Shown piece after piece: positions 36,940 through 50,313 of a DNA stretch of 64,000 nt. The notes under the pieces were generated by a model. That model was not told where the DNA came from. It saw nothing but the letters and a program-made list of their open reading frames with translations, and ran no database searches. How positions within the stretch are numbered: position 1 is the stretch's first letter; the number at the start of each line of letters is the position of its first letter. Both the position numbers and the translations under genes were made by a program. The DNA is from Chiloscyllium plagiosum (lineage: Eukaryota). The stretch spans positions 47,083,058-47,147,057 of the forward strand of contig NC_057728.1 in NCBI RefSeq assembly GCF_004010195.1. The letters run 5' to 3'.

Positions 36940-37420
36940 TCAGTGTAGAGGAAACCCACTTGGTAACCTAATGAGAAAAGGCTCTTGTCTTAAACATGAT
37001 GTAGTTGACTGCATGATGGTAGCTATGTACAGGTTATATCGATATGGTGGAATTTGTAGAAACTTTAATGACTCAGATGGTGCATCTTACTCCTTGGACA
37101 TCCTAAGCAGTTTCCCAAAAAGCCCAGATGATGAGAATGTCTGACATCCCCAAAACACTCTCAAGTCTTGCATGCACAGCATCCCTGACAGTAGTGGCAG
37201 TGACATTATTCAGTTGTCTTCATTCATGTTTATTGTGCTTATTTGGGTGCTGCCATGTTTCATACTGGCATGGCATTTCACAGATGAGCACACACAGAAC
37301 CTTCTGTGTGTACAATGTGAACTTTTTGGTAGGTATCAGGAGATACAGCCTTCATACGACAGCTTCATGGTGGGTGATGCTTAAAGCACTCCTCAGCATT
37401 AACCCTTTCTGATACTTTTA
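36940..37420 (+). mobile_element. Possible decayed Harbinger transposase fossil
   Basis: DVVDCMMVAM (compare GVIDCTHVAI) and ILSSFPKSPDD (compare FPGSSHD). Confidence 0.35.
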
Positions 37421-38052
37421 AAAGTTTTCCAGTGATCTGTCTTGATCCACTCTGTCGTTTTACCTATTTAACTTCATCAGGTCCCTTGTGAGCATTGATC
37501 ATTTGCAGTTTGGGCAAATAGGAAGTCTCCCTAAAAAGAACATGTTTGGTTGTTCTGAGGCAACCGAAAAGGCAGGTAAAACAATATTTTTGTGCGGTTG
37601 AGGTCAAATATCCAGTCCTCCGTCTCAGGGTTAACAAATGAGTCAGCCTCTGAGCTGCAGGATAGCTATTTGTTTTGCTAGCAGTGTGGGAATGAGGTTC
37701 AACTCTGGATTCAGTCTGAACTTCACAGGAGTATAAATTAAAATGGTGGGGGGATGGGGAAGGGATAAGAGTGACCAGCTCAGCAACTCTACACACCGGT
37801 CAGATGGAAGATGAACTTAGCCCTTTAGTATTCAGGTTAAATGTCAGGCATAGCTTTTTTTATCATCTAAAAGCTGACTGATTTGTGCAGTAAGTTGCTA
37901 ATCCCCATAACAACTATGAGGGCAACATTTATGCTGTCAGTACTCTCATTTAATAAGGGAATATAAAACATACGTTTAGTCAGCATCTTATTATAATGCA
38001 CCTTCCTGAAATTTGGAAATAAATTGTGTTCTTCTTCATGATAATGGCATTG

Positions 38053-38400
38053 TCAAGAACACTCCATAACCGCACCCTGCCAAATCTCCATAACCACCAG
38101 GGGCCTTGTAAAACAATCAGAAACAGCATCTTCAACAAATGACAACACTCTGTATCTTCTGAACAAGATGCACAATGGGTTCAATATGAAGAGTATTCCT
38201 CTACAGAGGTGATCATTCATTCTGACAGAAAGACTTTGTCCCTCTTTATGTGAGTAGGTAGAAGCTTCCCTGAACTGTGAAGAGTGGGAGATCTCCATAT
38301 TGCAGATTGCAGTTGACCTGTCAATTGTTGCCAGATAACAGAAAATATGCGGCTGATTCTACACAACTGGGATTTCAATTTCCATGGCAGCTATGAGAAT
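38053..38400 (-). mobile_element. Possible decayed Harbinger transposase fossil
   Basis: ASTYSHKEGQSLSVRMNDH (compare YINRKGFHSLNVQLVCDH). Confidence 0.25.
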
Positions 38401-39059
38401 TCAACATGACTATGGTTAATATTCCTAATGAAGGAATGTGATACCTACATTTAATTGGCATCATTAAAATGCACCTAGCTGAAGTTTATAAATAAAGGTC
38501 AGTTTTGTACTTCACCAAGATCACAGACTTGCAGAAGTGTTACATTGCAGAAAGTGGCTATTTGGCCCAATGCTCTACATTGGCTCTCAAATGAACATCA
38601 CGACTGAGTGCCATTCCCCTGTCCTTTTCCCCTCATCCTTACACTTTATTTAAATGAAACAATCATCTAACACCTTCTTGAATGTCCTAATTAAAGCTGC
38701 CATTTCCATGCAGTGCATTCTCAACTGTTTTTCACACCACATTTGCTCCTTTTGTAAATTATTTTGATTTTGTGCTCTCTCATTCTTATTCTATTCCAAA
38801 GGGTCATATTGGCAATGAAATGTTGACTCTGTTTCCCTGTCTGCAGACACTGCCAGACTCGTTGAGTTTTTATTTAAGTAAAGTGGAGAGGAGCAAAAGC
38901 AGTGTTGATGCAGAGGGGGAAATAGGTTTGAGAGAGAAATAGGACGCAGTGATTAGTTTGAATTGGTCAAGTAGCATAGACACAATGAAGTAAATAAAGT
39001 ATAAAAGAAGAAAGGATTTGCATTTTCTGAACCATCTCCCACGGTCACCACACCGTTGG

Positions 39060-39265
39060 AAGAGTCTGGAGGCTTTGGAGAGGGTACAAAAGCAGTTTAT
39101 CAGGATGTTGCCTGGACTGGAGTGCATTAGCTATAAGGAGAGTTTGGGTAAATACAGGGATACAGATCGTGAGCTGGCAAATAAAGTTAGTTCAGAATGG
39201 CATCATGGTCATCACGACATGGTGGGCTGAATTGCCTGTTCCTCTGCCTTACTGTTACAAGTTCT
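39060..39265 (+). mobile_element. CR1 fragment
   Basis: LEALERVQKQFIRMLPGLECISYKE plus tail ggtgggctgaattgcctgttcc. Confidence 0.75.
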
Positions 39266-39289
39266 CCACAGTGTCTTAGACATATTCAG

Positions 39290-39460
39290 GATGTCTCAGC
39301 ATCTTTTTCAACTACTGAAAGTACTTTGGAAATCTAATTACTCATATCTTGCGGGGAAACATGGCAGCCAATCCTCACACCACAGCATCACACAAAACAA
39401 CAACCAAATAAAAGACCAGGGAATTTGTTTTAGTAACATGGGTTGAAGCAATAATTAATT
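39290..39460 (-). mobile_element. Deu-SINE 3' fragment
   Basis: gtactttggaa...ggaaacatggcagccaat...atttgttttagtaacatgggttgaag. Confidence 0.5.
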
Positions 39461-40807
39461 CACAGGAAGATCATTGATCTGATTCTTTGCACAGATGCTG
39501 CCAACCCTGAATGTTTTGGGTATCTTACATTCATATCATCTGCAGTATTTTGCTTTTAAATGGTTCCTACATCTGACATCCATGTGCCAGCAGTTCATTA
39601 CAAATGATCGATAGTGATAACCCTGAAACTCTCAGGAATTAGCTCGCTTAGAAGTCAGCAATGGGACTTGCATGCATTATCATTCATTGCATTCATGGTA
39701 TACATCTTTTTCCTTTGAATATTATGCATTTTATGAACAAGGATAAATGCACACATTTATTCATAAATAAAAAGAATTTTGCCTTTCAATGCAAAAATCG
39801 TGGAATCATTAACTTAGCGGTGCAACGTGAAGCAAAACAACATGTCATAGTCTATTTTACCCTGATTAGACAATCTGGACAAAGTGTTCACTGAACATCA
39901 CAGACCACAGCATTATTGATGCTTTAATGAATAACTAGGAGCAGCAGGCAACCGTGAAGGACACAGTGGTCATTGTATCGAAATAAAATAATTACAAATT
40001 GTATCCATCAGTTGCTAGAGTGTTCAGATACATGTAGGCTGTCCATTCTGGCATCACTGGAAGAGTTTTATTTTGGGATCAAGACTGTAAGGCTGGATCC
40101 AATTGATATTCCAGGATTAGTCACAAATTTGAAGGAATGTCCAATTAGTGACAAGAGGGAATGCTTGTAATCCAATTAGGGAAGATGGGAAGGCTCCTGA
40201 TGCTGACAGGCCACTGAAAGCCCTCCATCACTTTAAGAATAGACACTTGTAGTGTAAGTCAGAGGAATAGGGTGCCCCAAGATGTTGTCTCTTAGCACAT
40301 GCTGTTTGAGAAAGGCCACAGCTGCCAGGGTGCTTTGTCAAGGAAATTCCTCCATGGGGTGACTGCAGTTAGGTCCAATTTTATCCATCAGTCAGGGGAA
40401 TTGGGCGGGGCAATGGTGTATGAATTTATATAGAGTTTTCTTCCCAGCAACCCCAGCCCTCTACCACACAGTCTGCCATGAGGTCAGTATCTCCTTTCTG
40501 AAGCCATGCTTTGGAAAATTCCAGTCAGTTTAGGAAATGTGCCTTACATAGGCCCCTCCATTGGCTCTATTTGTAGCCTTCCACCTATGAATAGACAGCT
40601 GTTTTGCATCGACTCTGGCCTCTTTGAAAACAGACAGGAGTCAGGATCAGAAAACTAGCGCTCTGCCTGGAATCAGATCATTCTGGGTATGCCCACTTCT
40701 GTTACCCACAACACCGATCAAAAAAATGTCCCCACAGAATGGTAACATATTCAAAATTAACAAAAGTACTTTTCCCTGAAATTGCCTCCTGCCTCCAAGA
40801 ATATTTG

Positions 40808-40948
40808 AGGTAAAAACAATGACTGCAGATGCTGGAAACCAGATTCTGGATCAGTGGTGCTGGAAGAGCACAGCAATTCAGGCAGCATCCGACGAGCAGC
40901 AACCGGATGCTGCCTGAATTGCTGTGCTCTTCCAGCACCACTGATCCA
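40808..40948. mobile_element. Perfect fold-back PLE pLTR micro-insertion (no hammerhead)
   Basis: 45-bp perfect arms at 40847-40891 and 40904-40948. TSD tccaagaatatttg at 40794-40807 and 40945-40958. Confidence 0.92.
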
Positions 40949-41668
40949 AGAATATTTGGACTGGACATTACCACCCAAACACTGAAAAGACACACTGGAA
41001 ATGGGAAGACCATAAATTTCAGTCTCACAGTAATTGCTAGCAGTTGTCACTTGGACCAGCTCAGAAAAAGTGGTTGGTTGCAATCCAACTCCATGGAAGG
41101 TGACACTAGATTCAGTCTTTTAAAGCTCTGCCTCAATGTTGAGTTTAGTTGAGTTTGACACCTTCGTGGAGACAAATGACTAACTAAAGTCTGTGTGGAA
41201 CACTACAAGTTAATCAACCAGTGCACATTGAGGTAAGCATGTTATGGAGTTGGGAACTTTTATAGGCAAGTTTAAAAAGTGTTGCCAGCTTCAAATGTCA
41301 TAATTAGATGTGTGTGTTAATTTAAATATGTTTTAACACAGCAATTTATCATTCGTTAGAGCCTTAAAAGATTAGTGACCATTAATTGAACACCATTGTC
41401 TCAGTATTGAGATACATTAGAGAGCTTTCTCCATGGGATAAATAGCTCCAATGTATTCAGCCATGTTAAGAAGCACATTATGATGTGTCAGCAGGAACTT
41501 TGCTTTGATTTTTAAATTAATTATAAGTCTAATCATCTGCTCAGTCTTTTAAAAAACTGAACAAATGTCTGACTTCTTAGATTGAAAGACCACCCATTAA
41601 GCCACCATCTGTTCAGTCAACTTCAATAACTTCAACGTATTGAACTCTAGGGTGTTTGCTTATTCAGC

Positions 41669-41783
41669 CTGCTGGACACACTTTCCTCATTCCTGAAGAA
41701 GGGCTCATGCCCGAAACGCAATTCTCCTGCTCCTTGGATGCTGCCTGACCTGCTGCGCTTTTCCAGCAACACATTTTCAGCTC
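41669..41783 (+). mobile_element. PLE pLTR micro-insertion with damaged hammerhead (41689-41723)
   Basis: attc CTGAAGA a gggc tcat gccc GAAA cgc aatt, with the cleavage triplet lost. 16-bp TSD tgtttgcttattcagc at 41653-41668 and 41784-41799. Confidence 0.88.
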
Positions 41784-41886
41784 TGTTTGCTTATTCAGCT
41801 GTGCAATGGAATCCTGGTATGAATGTTTGTCTGAGCTCCACCATCTACTAATAGATTGTGAGCTTCATTTGAATAACAGCTTTATC

Positions 41887-42236
41887 AGCACAGTGGCTCA
41901 GTGGCTAGCACTACTGCCTTACAGCACCAGGAACCCGGGGTTCGATTCCAGCCTCGGGTGACTGTCTGTGTGGAGTTCGCACATTCTCCCTGTGTCTGTG
42001 TGGGTTTACTCCACGTGCTCCAATTTCCTCCCACAGTCTAAAGATATGCAGGTTCGGTGAATTGGCCATGCCAAATTGCCCATAATTTTCAGGGGTATGC
42101 AGGCTAGGTGGATTAGTTAGGGGACATGTAGAGTAATAGGGTAGAGAAATGGGTCTGGGTGGAATATTCTTTGGAGGGTTGGTGTGGACTTGTTTGGCCT
42201 AATGGCCTGTTTCCACATTGTAGGGATTCTATGATT
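41887..42236 (+). mobile_element. HE1-like SINE
   Basis: gcacagtggctcagtggctagcac...ggttcgattcc, V-domain, tail gtagggattctatgatt. Confidence 0.88.
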
Positions 42237-43624
42237 CAAGTTAATAATAAAGCTTTTTTAAAATAAGGTTTTTAAATAACTGTTTATTTTGACAAATTTC
42301 TAAATGCTTATGATAGTATTTTTCTTTCAACTAGAGCTTGAATGGTTGTTTTACTAATAGCTTTATGAGCTCATAATAGGGCAAGATTCTTTCAAGTGGA
42401 ATTTGAATGGGTGATTTTTTATCTTGTCAGTTTCGTGAGCATTTCAGAGAATCTCCAGCGTTATTATAGTATTCATGAGTTGGAATAGAGGATGCATGAG
42501 GATAGGAAGGGGTATGGAGGGGGCAGGGAACATGACATTGGGAAATCACCCAACTTGTGATACCCAATTTCAACATGAAAATCTACCCTTGTCTCTGGAT
42601 TTACTTGGAACCACCACTTTATAATGTCTTCCTTTATCTACATGTGGAACTACTGGTACCTCAGAGTGACTGGAACAGAATATCAGTAGCTCTAAGCAGA
42701 GTGTTTATACAGATGTTCTCAAGCAGCAATTTATCATATTTCACACATTCATTAAACTTAATGCTTAGCTTTAATTTTTTAGGTTGTAAATGAAATTCCT
42801 AATCCACTGCTTTCCATCGCTTCATGTTATTCTGTATTTGAACCAAAGAGGATTAGTGAGGCCAGTCTCTGAAATATTGTGGAATGATATATAAAGCAGC
42901 CAGATTTTTGAATAAAGTGCAATTATATAGTCTGTAAAACATCAAAAAAAAATTCTGAAGCACAATTTGTGCCATAATACACAAAATTATTTATTATTTA
43001 TTAATGTACTGTTAAATGAAAATTGGGTCCTGGGCTGTAACACTCATTTATGCTTGACAATGTCAGGAAGAGAAGGCATTAATTTCCAAATTTGAGGAAC
43101 CAATGTGGCGTAGTAAAAGACAATCATGTAGTTATTGCCTTGACCCTCCTCATTGATGATGAAATCTGCCTTCACTACCAGCTTCCCAAGAAAGAGTTCA
43201 CAACATGCATCACTTCAACTTCCATCTTGAACTTCAACCCTAACCATTTCAACTGTTATAAGATTAAAAGTGGAAAATGAAACAGGAATGAGAAAATGCT
43301 ACTTAAAGAAATATATTGGTAGACTTCACAGAATTGATGAGGCAGACACGCCCATTAAGTTATAGACTCAAACTTGAAACATTCTTGTGGTTGTCAGAGA
43401 CAGTATCATTAAAGAGCAACCTATAAGTATATGACATTGAACAGTAGCTATAATGTGGGCTGGGTATTAATCGAGAAATAATAGGAACTTGTTAAATCTA
43501 TACATTAATTAGCAGGAACATAGCCTAGTCAAATTAAGTTTGCAGAAGCAGTTTGGATGGCAAGGTCATGTAATGTATTTGAGATATTTTTTTAAAATAA
43601 TCTGTAATGAAAATCAGCTAGTTA

Positions 43625-44100
43625 CCATAAGACATAGGAACAGAAATTATGCCATTGAGCCCATCGAGTCTGCTCCACCATTCAATCATGGCTGATAAGT
43701 TTCTCAACCCAATTCTCCCACTTTCTCCCTGTAACCCTTGACATTCAAGAATCTACCTATCACAGTCTTAAATATACTTAATGACCTGGCTTCCACAGTC
43801 TTCTGTGTAAGCAATTCCATAGATTCACCACTCTCTGGCATGATGTTTCTCCTTATCTCCATTCTAAAAAGTCTCCCCTTGACTCTGAGGTTGTGCCTTC
43901 GAGTCCTAGTCTCTGCGACTAATGGAAACATGTTCACAACATCTACTCTGTCCAAGCCATTCAGTATTCTGTACGTTTTAATTAGATCCACCCTCATCCT
44001 TCTAAACTCCGTTAAGTACAGACCCAGAGTCCTCAAATGTTCCTCATATGTTTAGCTTTTCATTCTTTGGACCATTCTCGTGAACCTCCTCTGAACACAC
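43625..44100 (-). mobile_element. CR1 3' end
   Basis: ORF 43704..44036 reads LGLYLTEFRRMRVDLIKTYRILNGLDRVD...TRTRRHNLRVKG. cataagacatagg tail. Confidence 0.88.
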
Positions 44101-44129
44101 TGAGACTATTTTGAATAAAATAGAAAACA

Positions 44130-44215
44130 TTGAAGAAACTTAGCTTGGCAGCATCAATGGAGAGAAAATAGTGTTAATGTTTTGAGTTCAATGATCAATG
44201 ACTCATCGTCGGAAC
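44130..44215 (-). mobile_element. Old PLE pLTR remnant
   Basis: ggcagcatcaatggagagaaaatagtgttaatgttttgagtt...gactcatcgtcggaacc, with an eroded hammerhead-like end. Confidence 0.45.
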
Positions 44216-44602
44216 CAATACTATTTAAGTCTTGTTCTGTATAAAGAGACAGGTCTCACTTTGAGGAATCCTCTAGAGAAGAACTATCAGAAATATTGTA
44301 AAATGTTGCATGGAGTGTAATAGTGATGTAGTTAAGTCTAAAACTGTTATATTAAATTTAAGAAAATCCAACGATATTGGTATAAGAGAAGAGTTAGTTA
44401 ATAAGATTGGGAAATTAGATTAACAGATGACAGAATAGGTAAGCAATGGTGAACACTTAAAGAAATATTTCAAATTTTTTATTGAATTTTTAGTAGTTAA
44501 TCTCAGGTAAGAATCAATTAGATTCTGTTGTGGGAAGATAGCAAGACTGCTGTCTTAAGAGTTTGATACAAGGAGATATTTGGATGACTTAATCTTATTT
44601 GT

Positions 44603-44798
44603 AAAAAAACACAGATTGCTGGAGAAACTCAGCAGGTCTGGCAGCATCCGTAAAGAGAAAGCAGAGTCAATAGTAGAGTCACATGACCTAAATGTTAAAC
44701 TCTGCTTTCTGTTCACAGATGTTGCCAGACCTGCTGAGTTTCTCCAGCAATTTTTGTTTTCATTCAAGTTTTCCAGCATCTTCAGTCTTGGTTTTGCT
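44603..44798. mobile_element. Fold-back PLE pLTR insertion
   Basis: attgctggagaaactcagcaggtctggca / tgccagacctgctgagtttctccagcaat inverted arms. Confidence 0.8.
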
Positions 44799-45571
44799 GT
44801 AGTTTTATATGTATTTTAATATGGATTTGTCCTTTCTTAATTTTGTGACCGAAGGTATATGGAAAGAAATATTTTTTGGCACCCTTTGTTACACAGTCTT
44901 AGTCAAGTCCAGTAACTTTTTATTTTAAAGGAAGGAATTGGAAATCGTAATTGTTTATTGGAAGAATTAGGTCACGAGATTCGATGCTAAAATAGAAGAT
45001 TTCCATGTACAATATTTGGATATTGTAGATCCAGTGTTAAATACAAGTAAGGTTGATGGCCGTAGCAACTACATGTTTTTCTATTCTCAGCTATTGGATC
45101 TAACTTGCTTTTCTTCAGTCTGCCTGCACTGCACCACTGCACTCATTATCATCCAGTGAGATCTGATTATTCCGTCTTCTCATCGGTCTCCCTGAAAGTT
45201 TTAGTTTCAAACTTCAGTTTCCATCTTCGTTCCCTTAGAAACTGAGAAGGTCACTTCCATTCTCAGTTTTCCTTTTCAATTAGACTTTGTCTCAAAAAAT
45301 ACAAGCTTTGAAACAATGGATGGCATCGTGGTGGATAAAATCTTCCAGAAGAATTACATTGTATTAATATTAGAAACTGGAGTTCTATGGAAGTTTATAG
45401 AATTTGAATTTAAACTTGTTTATGGTTTCTAACCAAGCTCAACTGTCACACATGTATTGTCATCAATTTTAGTTAACTGCTGATCCCTTGAACCAATGAC
45501 TCAATCAGTAAATTGTCTCCTAAAATTTTATTCCAACTCTCCAATGCCAACTGCTCTTCCTAAGACTGAAA

Positions 45572-45995
45572 GGAATTACAGAGAGTTGTGAACACAGCCC
45601 AGTCCATCACACAAACCAGCCTCTCCATTGGCTTCATTTATTTTTCCCGCTGCCTCAGGAAACCAGCCAGCATAATCAAAAACCATCCCACCCTGTACCC
45701 CCATACTCTCTTCCACACTGTTCTGGTGGGCAGAAGATATAAACGTTTGTGTACACATATAAACAGATTCAAGAACAGCTTCTTCCCTGATTTTATCAGA
45801 CTTTTGAATGGAGCTCTTTTAATGTTAATGTTGATCTCTCTCTGCACCTTCTTGGCAGCAGTAACATTGTATCCTGCACTCTATTCAGTTACCTTGATAC
45901 GCTTGTATAGTACGATCTGCCGATAAAGCACATAAGACAATACTTTTCATTATACCTCAGGACAGGTGATAATAATAGATCAAATCAAATCAAAA
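45572..45995 (+). mobile_element. Rex1/Babar-type LINE 3' end
   Basis: LQRVVNTAQSITQTSL..SRCLRKPASIIK..GRRYKRL...NRFKNSFFP..IRLLN and an (aaatc)n tail. Confidence 0.75.
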
Positions 45996-46002
45996 CAACA
46001 GG

Positions 46003-47045
46003 ATCATGATCAAATGGGCCAAGGAGTGGCAGGTGGAGTTTAATTTTAATAAATGTGAGGTGTTGCATTTTGGAAAGGCAAATCAGTGCAGGACCTATAC
46101 ACTTAATGATAAGGTCCTGGGGAGTGTTGCCAGAAAGAGAGACCTGGGGGTGCATAGTTCCTTGAAAGTGGAGTCGCAAGTAGATAGGACAGTGAAGTAG
46201 GGATTTAATACCCTTACCTTTATTGGTCAGTGTATAGAATATAGCAGTTGGGAGGTCATGTTGCAGCTGTATAGGACATTGATTACGCCACGTGGAGAAA
46301 GTGAGGACTCCAGATGCTGGAGATCAGAATTGAGAGGAAAACCACAGCCAGTCAGGCAGCATCCGAGGAGCAGGAGAATCGATGTTTCGGACATGAGCCC
46401 TTCATCAGGAATGAGGCTTGTGGGCCAGAGAGCGGAGGTTGTCTGGGAAGGTAGCGGAGAATGCGATGGGTAGATAAAGGTGGGGGAGAAGGAGTGGAGG
46501 GTGGAGCGGCCATTTTTGGAATATTGTGTTCAATTCTGATCTCCCTGCCATGGGAAAAATGTTGCACAAATTGTAAAGGTTCAGAAAAGATTTACAAGGG
46601 TATTGCCCAGTTTGTAGGGTTTGAGCTATGGAGAGAGGCTGGATAGGCTGGGGCTGTTTTCCCTGGACTATTGGAGTATGAGGGGTGACTTTAAAGAAGT
46701 TTGTAAAATTATAAAAATGGACAGGGTATATGGGCAAGGTCTTTTTCCCAGGGTAGGAGAGTCCAAAACTAGAGTCATAGGTTTAAGATGAGACAGGAAA
46801 GAGTTAAGAGGGGTCCTAAGGGACAATGTTTTCACACAGAGGTTTATGCATATATGGAGTGAGCTGCCAGAAAAAGTGGTGGAGGCTGGTACAATTACAA
46901 AAGACATCTGGGGTGGGGTATATGAATAGAAAGGGTTTCAATGGATGTGGACCAAATGCTGGCAAATGGGACTACATTGATGTAGAATATCTGCTCAGCA
47001 TGGACAAGCTGGACTGAAGGGTCTGTTTCCATGCTGTACCTCTCA
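46003..47045 (+). mobile_element. HER1/CR1 3' portion interrupted by a PLE insertion
   Basis: KWAKEWQVEFNFNKCEVLHFG, LQLYRTL and tail ggactgaagggtctgtttccatgctgtac. Confidence 0.88.
46292..46508 (-). mobile_element. PLE pLTR insertion with hammerhead motif (46377-46412)
   Basis: Reverse: attc CTGATGA a gggc tcat gtcc GAAA cATC gatt. Terminal ggagaaagtgaggact.cagatgctggagatcag. Confidence 0.82.
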
Positions 47046-47802
47046 ATTCAAATCATAAAATAAAGTGATATTCCTTAGTTTTAGATCCATTTTGATATCT
47101 TGAAAAATGAAGTAATGACTAGAAACGAGAATGTTCTAACGATAAATGGAAGAGATAGAAAATTATTTTCTCTTTTCCTTCTTAAATCCGTATCCATATT
47201 CACTTAGTATTATGTATTTAAGTTGAATCTGCTTGTGCATCTGTAGATGCTTCTTTTTGTTGGTCTAGTCATTGTACTACAAAATGTAAAGCTATTTATT
47301 AGAACTGGATCAAATGTCATGATAATTATCTTGAGAGACACAAAAGCTTGAAAGAAAATGTCAACCAGCAAAACCACCCATCTAAAAGCTCCCATTGCAG
47401 AACTATTAATTAATATGCACTCAAACAACCCTCACAGCACACTTGTAATTTTAGAATGTGGCATCTAAGTGATTATCATATCATTTTAACGAATATAGGA
47501 TTGTTACTCATGCCAATTGTGTTTGTATTTTCCTGGTTATCTAAAGCTGGAGTTAGCGATATCTGCCTGCCTTTTTAGTAGACATGCATGCCGTGCTGCA
47601 CACCTTTGAAATGTGGTACTACCTGCAGTCTGTCGATCAAGTAAAGGAGTTACCATAGTAACCATTTGTCAGAGTATTTGTGAAATTTAGTACAGCATTA
47701 AAGAGAAAATGCAAACCAAAGCACAATGGAAGCTTTGATATCTATGAAGTTACAATTGTTGGAATCTGACTGTTGCAAAGAGAAAAAAACTCCACAATAT
47801 TT

Positions 47803-48302
47803 TGTTTATTTTTTTTCTTTTTTTCTCTTTTCTTTTGTGCTGCGTGAGACACTTCTGTTTTTTTTTCCCCAGCACCCATGGTGTGTGTGTGCAGGTGTGA
47901 GACACAGTAAGAGACACAGGGTGCACGAATCTTTATTCAATTTCCACCACCAGGAAGATAGGAAAACACCCGAGTGGCCAGTGACAAACACTGCCCTTCA
48001 CATCAAAGGGCAATGCTGTGTGATCAAACAGTGAAGGGGAGGGCAGGGACTAAATCAAAATAGAGTTGGAGGGGGAAATAATGCACTCCACTCCCTGCGG
48101 CGCCCACCTCTCCCTGAACAACTCCAGGGTGTTGGTGGACATCGCGTGCTCCTTCTCCAAGGACACCCGGGCTCTAACGTAACCGTGGAAGAGGCCCGCT
48201 GCCTCGACCTGTTAATGGTCAGTTTGGCCAGGCCCAGGAGCAGACCCAGAGGAGGGTCTGAAGACCTGCCCTCCCCCCTCCGTACCGGGTGCCCGAAGAT
48301 CA
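47803..48302 (-). mobile_element. Tx1-clade (L1-like) LINE 3' end
   Basis: Reverse: IFGHPVRRGEGRSS..LGLLLGLAKLTINRSRQRA...LEKEHA..TNTLELFRERWAPQGVECIISPSNSILI*. AATAAA and an A-rich tail. Possible TSD aatatttt at both ends. Confidence 0.65.
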
Positions 48303-48459
48303 AATATTTTATTTATATGCAGGTCACATCATTTGCATTGTGACCACTAGCCTAATATATTGAATGGCAGTCATGTATCTGTTCTCACATCAAGTCTTAT
48401 TTAAAGGGCATTGTCATGAACAATTGATGCCAATATTAATACAGGCAATGCAATATCTT

Positions 48460-48570
48460 TGGAGACAACTAAGTGGTAATACTCTTGACTGTGAGTCAGT
48501 GCATTGTGGCTGAAGTCCCAATCCAGAGACTCAGACACAAAATATAGACTCACCTTCCACTAAAGCACTT
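48460..48570 (+). mobile_element. Deu-SINE 5' fragment
   Basis: gtggtaatactcttgactgtgagtcag...aagtcccaatccagagactcagacacaaaatatagact. Confidence 0.5.
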
Positions 48571-48614
48571 CTCATATGAGCAAGTGATGCCAACTACGCC
48601 CAACATGAGAACAT

Positions 48615-50313
48615 AATAAGGAAGGAGAGGATCAAATATGAAGGTAGGCTAGCCAGTAATATTAGAAATTATAGTAAAAGTTTCTTTCAATACATAAGAA
48701 ACAAACGATAGGCAAGAGTAGACATTGGGCCACTTCAAACTGATGCTGGAAGCCTAATGATGGGAGATAAGGAAATAGCAGGAGAACTTAATAAGTACTT
48801 TGCTTCAGTCTTCACAGTGGAAGACATGAGTAATATCCCAACAATGAAAGGGAGTCAGGGGTTTGAGTTGAGTATGGTTGCCATTACAAAAGAGAAAGTG
48901 CTAGAAAACTAAAAGGTCTTAAAATTGATAAATCTACTGGCCCTGATGGGCTACATCCTAGAGTTCTGAGGGAGGTGGCTGAGGAAATAGCGGAGGCATT
49001 GGTTGAGATCTTTCAAAAGTCACTGGAGTCAGGGAAAGTCACCAATGATTGGAAGATCGCTGTTGTAATCCCCTTGTTCAAGAAAGGATCAAGGCAAAAA
49101 ATGGAAAATTATAGGCCAATTAGCCTAACCTCGGTTGTTGGTAAAATTCTAGAATCCATCATTAAGAATGAGGTTTNNNNNNNNNNNNNNNNNNNNNNNN
49201 NNNNNNNNNNNNNNNNNNNNNNNNNNNNNNNNNNNNNNNNNNNNNNNNNNNNNNNNNNNNNNNNNNNNNNNNNNNNNNNNNNNNNNNNNNNNNNNNNNNN
49301 NNNNNNNNNNNNNNNNNNNNNNNNNNNNNNNNNNNNNNNNNNNNNNNNNNNNNNNNNNNNNNGGGGGCATTCTAGCAAAGTTTGCCGATGATACAAAGTT
49401 AGGTGGATAGGCAGGTAGTGCTGAGGAAGTGGGGAGGCTGCAGAAGGATCTAGACAGTTTGGAGGAGTGGTCCAGGAAATGGTTGATGGAATTCAATGTG
49501 AGCAAATGTGAGGTCTTGCACTTTGGAAAAAAGAATAGAAGCATGGACTACTTTCTAAACGGTGAGAAAATTTGTAAAGCCAAAGTACAGAGGGATCTGG
49601 GAGTGCTGGTTGAGGATTCTCTAAAGGTAAACATGCAGGTTGTGTCCGTGATTAAGAAAGCGAATGCAATGTTGTCATTTATCTCAAGAGGGTTGGAATA
49701 TAAAAGCACTGTTGTGCTACTGAGACTTTATAAAGCTCTGGTTAGGCCCCATTTGGAGTACTGTGTCTAGTTTTGGTCCCCACACCTCAGGAAGGACATA
49801 CTGGCACTGGAACATGTCCAGCGGAGATTCACACAGATGATCCCTGGAATGGTAGATCTAACATATGAGGAACGGCTGAGGATCCTGGGATTGTCTTCCT
49901 TGTAGCTTAGAAGATTAAGGGGAGATCTAATAGAAACTTACAAGATAATACATGGCTTGGAGAGGATGGACGCTAGGAAATTGTTTCCGTTAGGCGAGGA
50001 GACTAGGACCCGTGGACACAGCCTTAGAATTAGAAGGGGTAAATTCAGAACAGAAATGCGGAGACATTTCTTCAGCCAGAGAGTGGTGGGCCTGTGGAAT
50101 TCATTGCCACAAAGTGCAGTGGCGGCTGGGACGCTAAATGTCTTAAAGGCAGAAATTGATAAATTCTTGATGTCACAAGGAATTAAGGGCTACAGGGAGA
50201 ATGCGGGTAAGTGGAGTTGAAATGCCCATCAGCCATGATTGAATGGCGGAGTGGACTCAACGGGCCGAATGGCCTTACTTCCGCTCCTATGTCTTATGGT
50301 CTTATGGTCTTAT
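48615..50313 (+). mobile_element. CR1 LINE, RT to 3' end, spanning the assembly gap
   Basis: DWKIAVVIPLFKKG..NYRPISLTSVVGKILE, KFADDTKLGG, LYKALVRPHLEYCV and a (tcttatgg)n tail. Has stops and frameshifts. Confidence 0.93.
49177..49362. other. Assembly gap (186 N)
   Basis: Run of n. Confidence 1.

Noticed and set aside
48975..49544. ORFs spanning X runs
   Set aside because: Artefacts of the N gap inside a CR1 copy.
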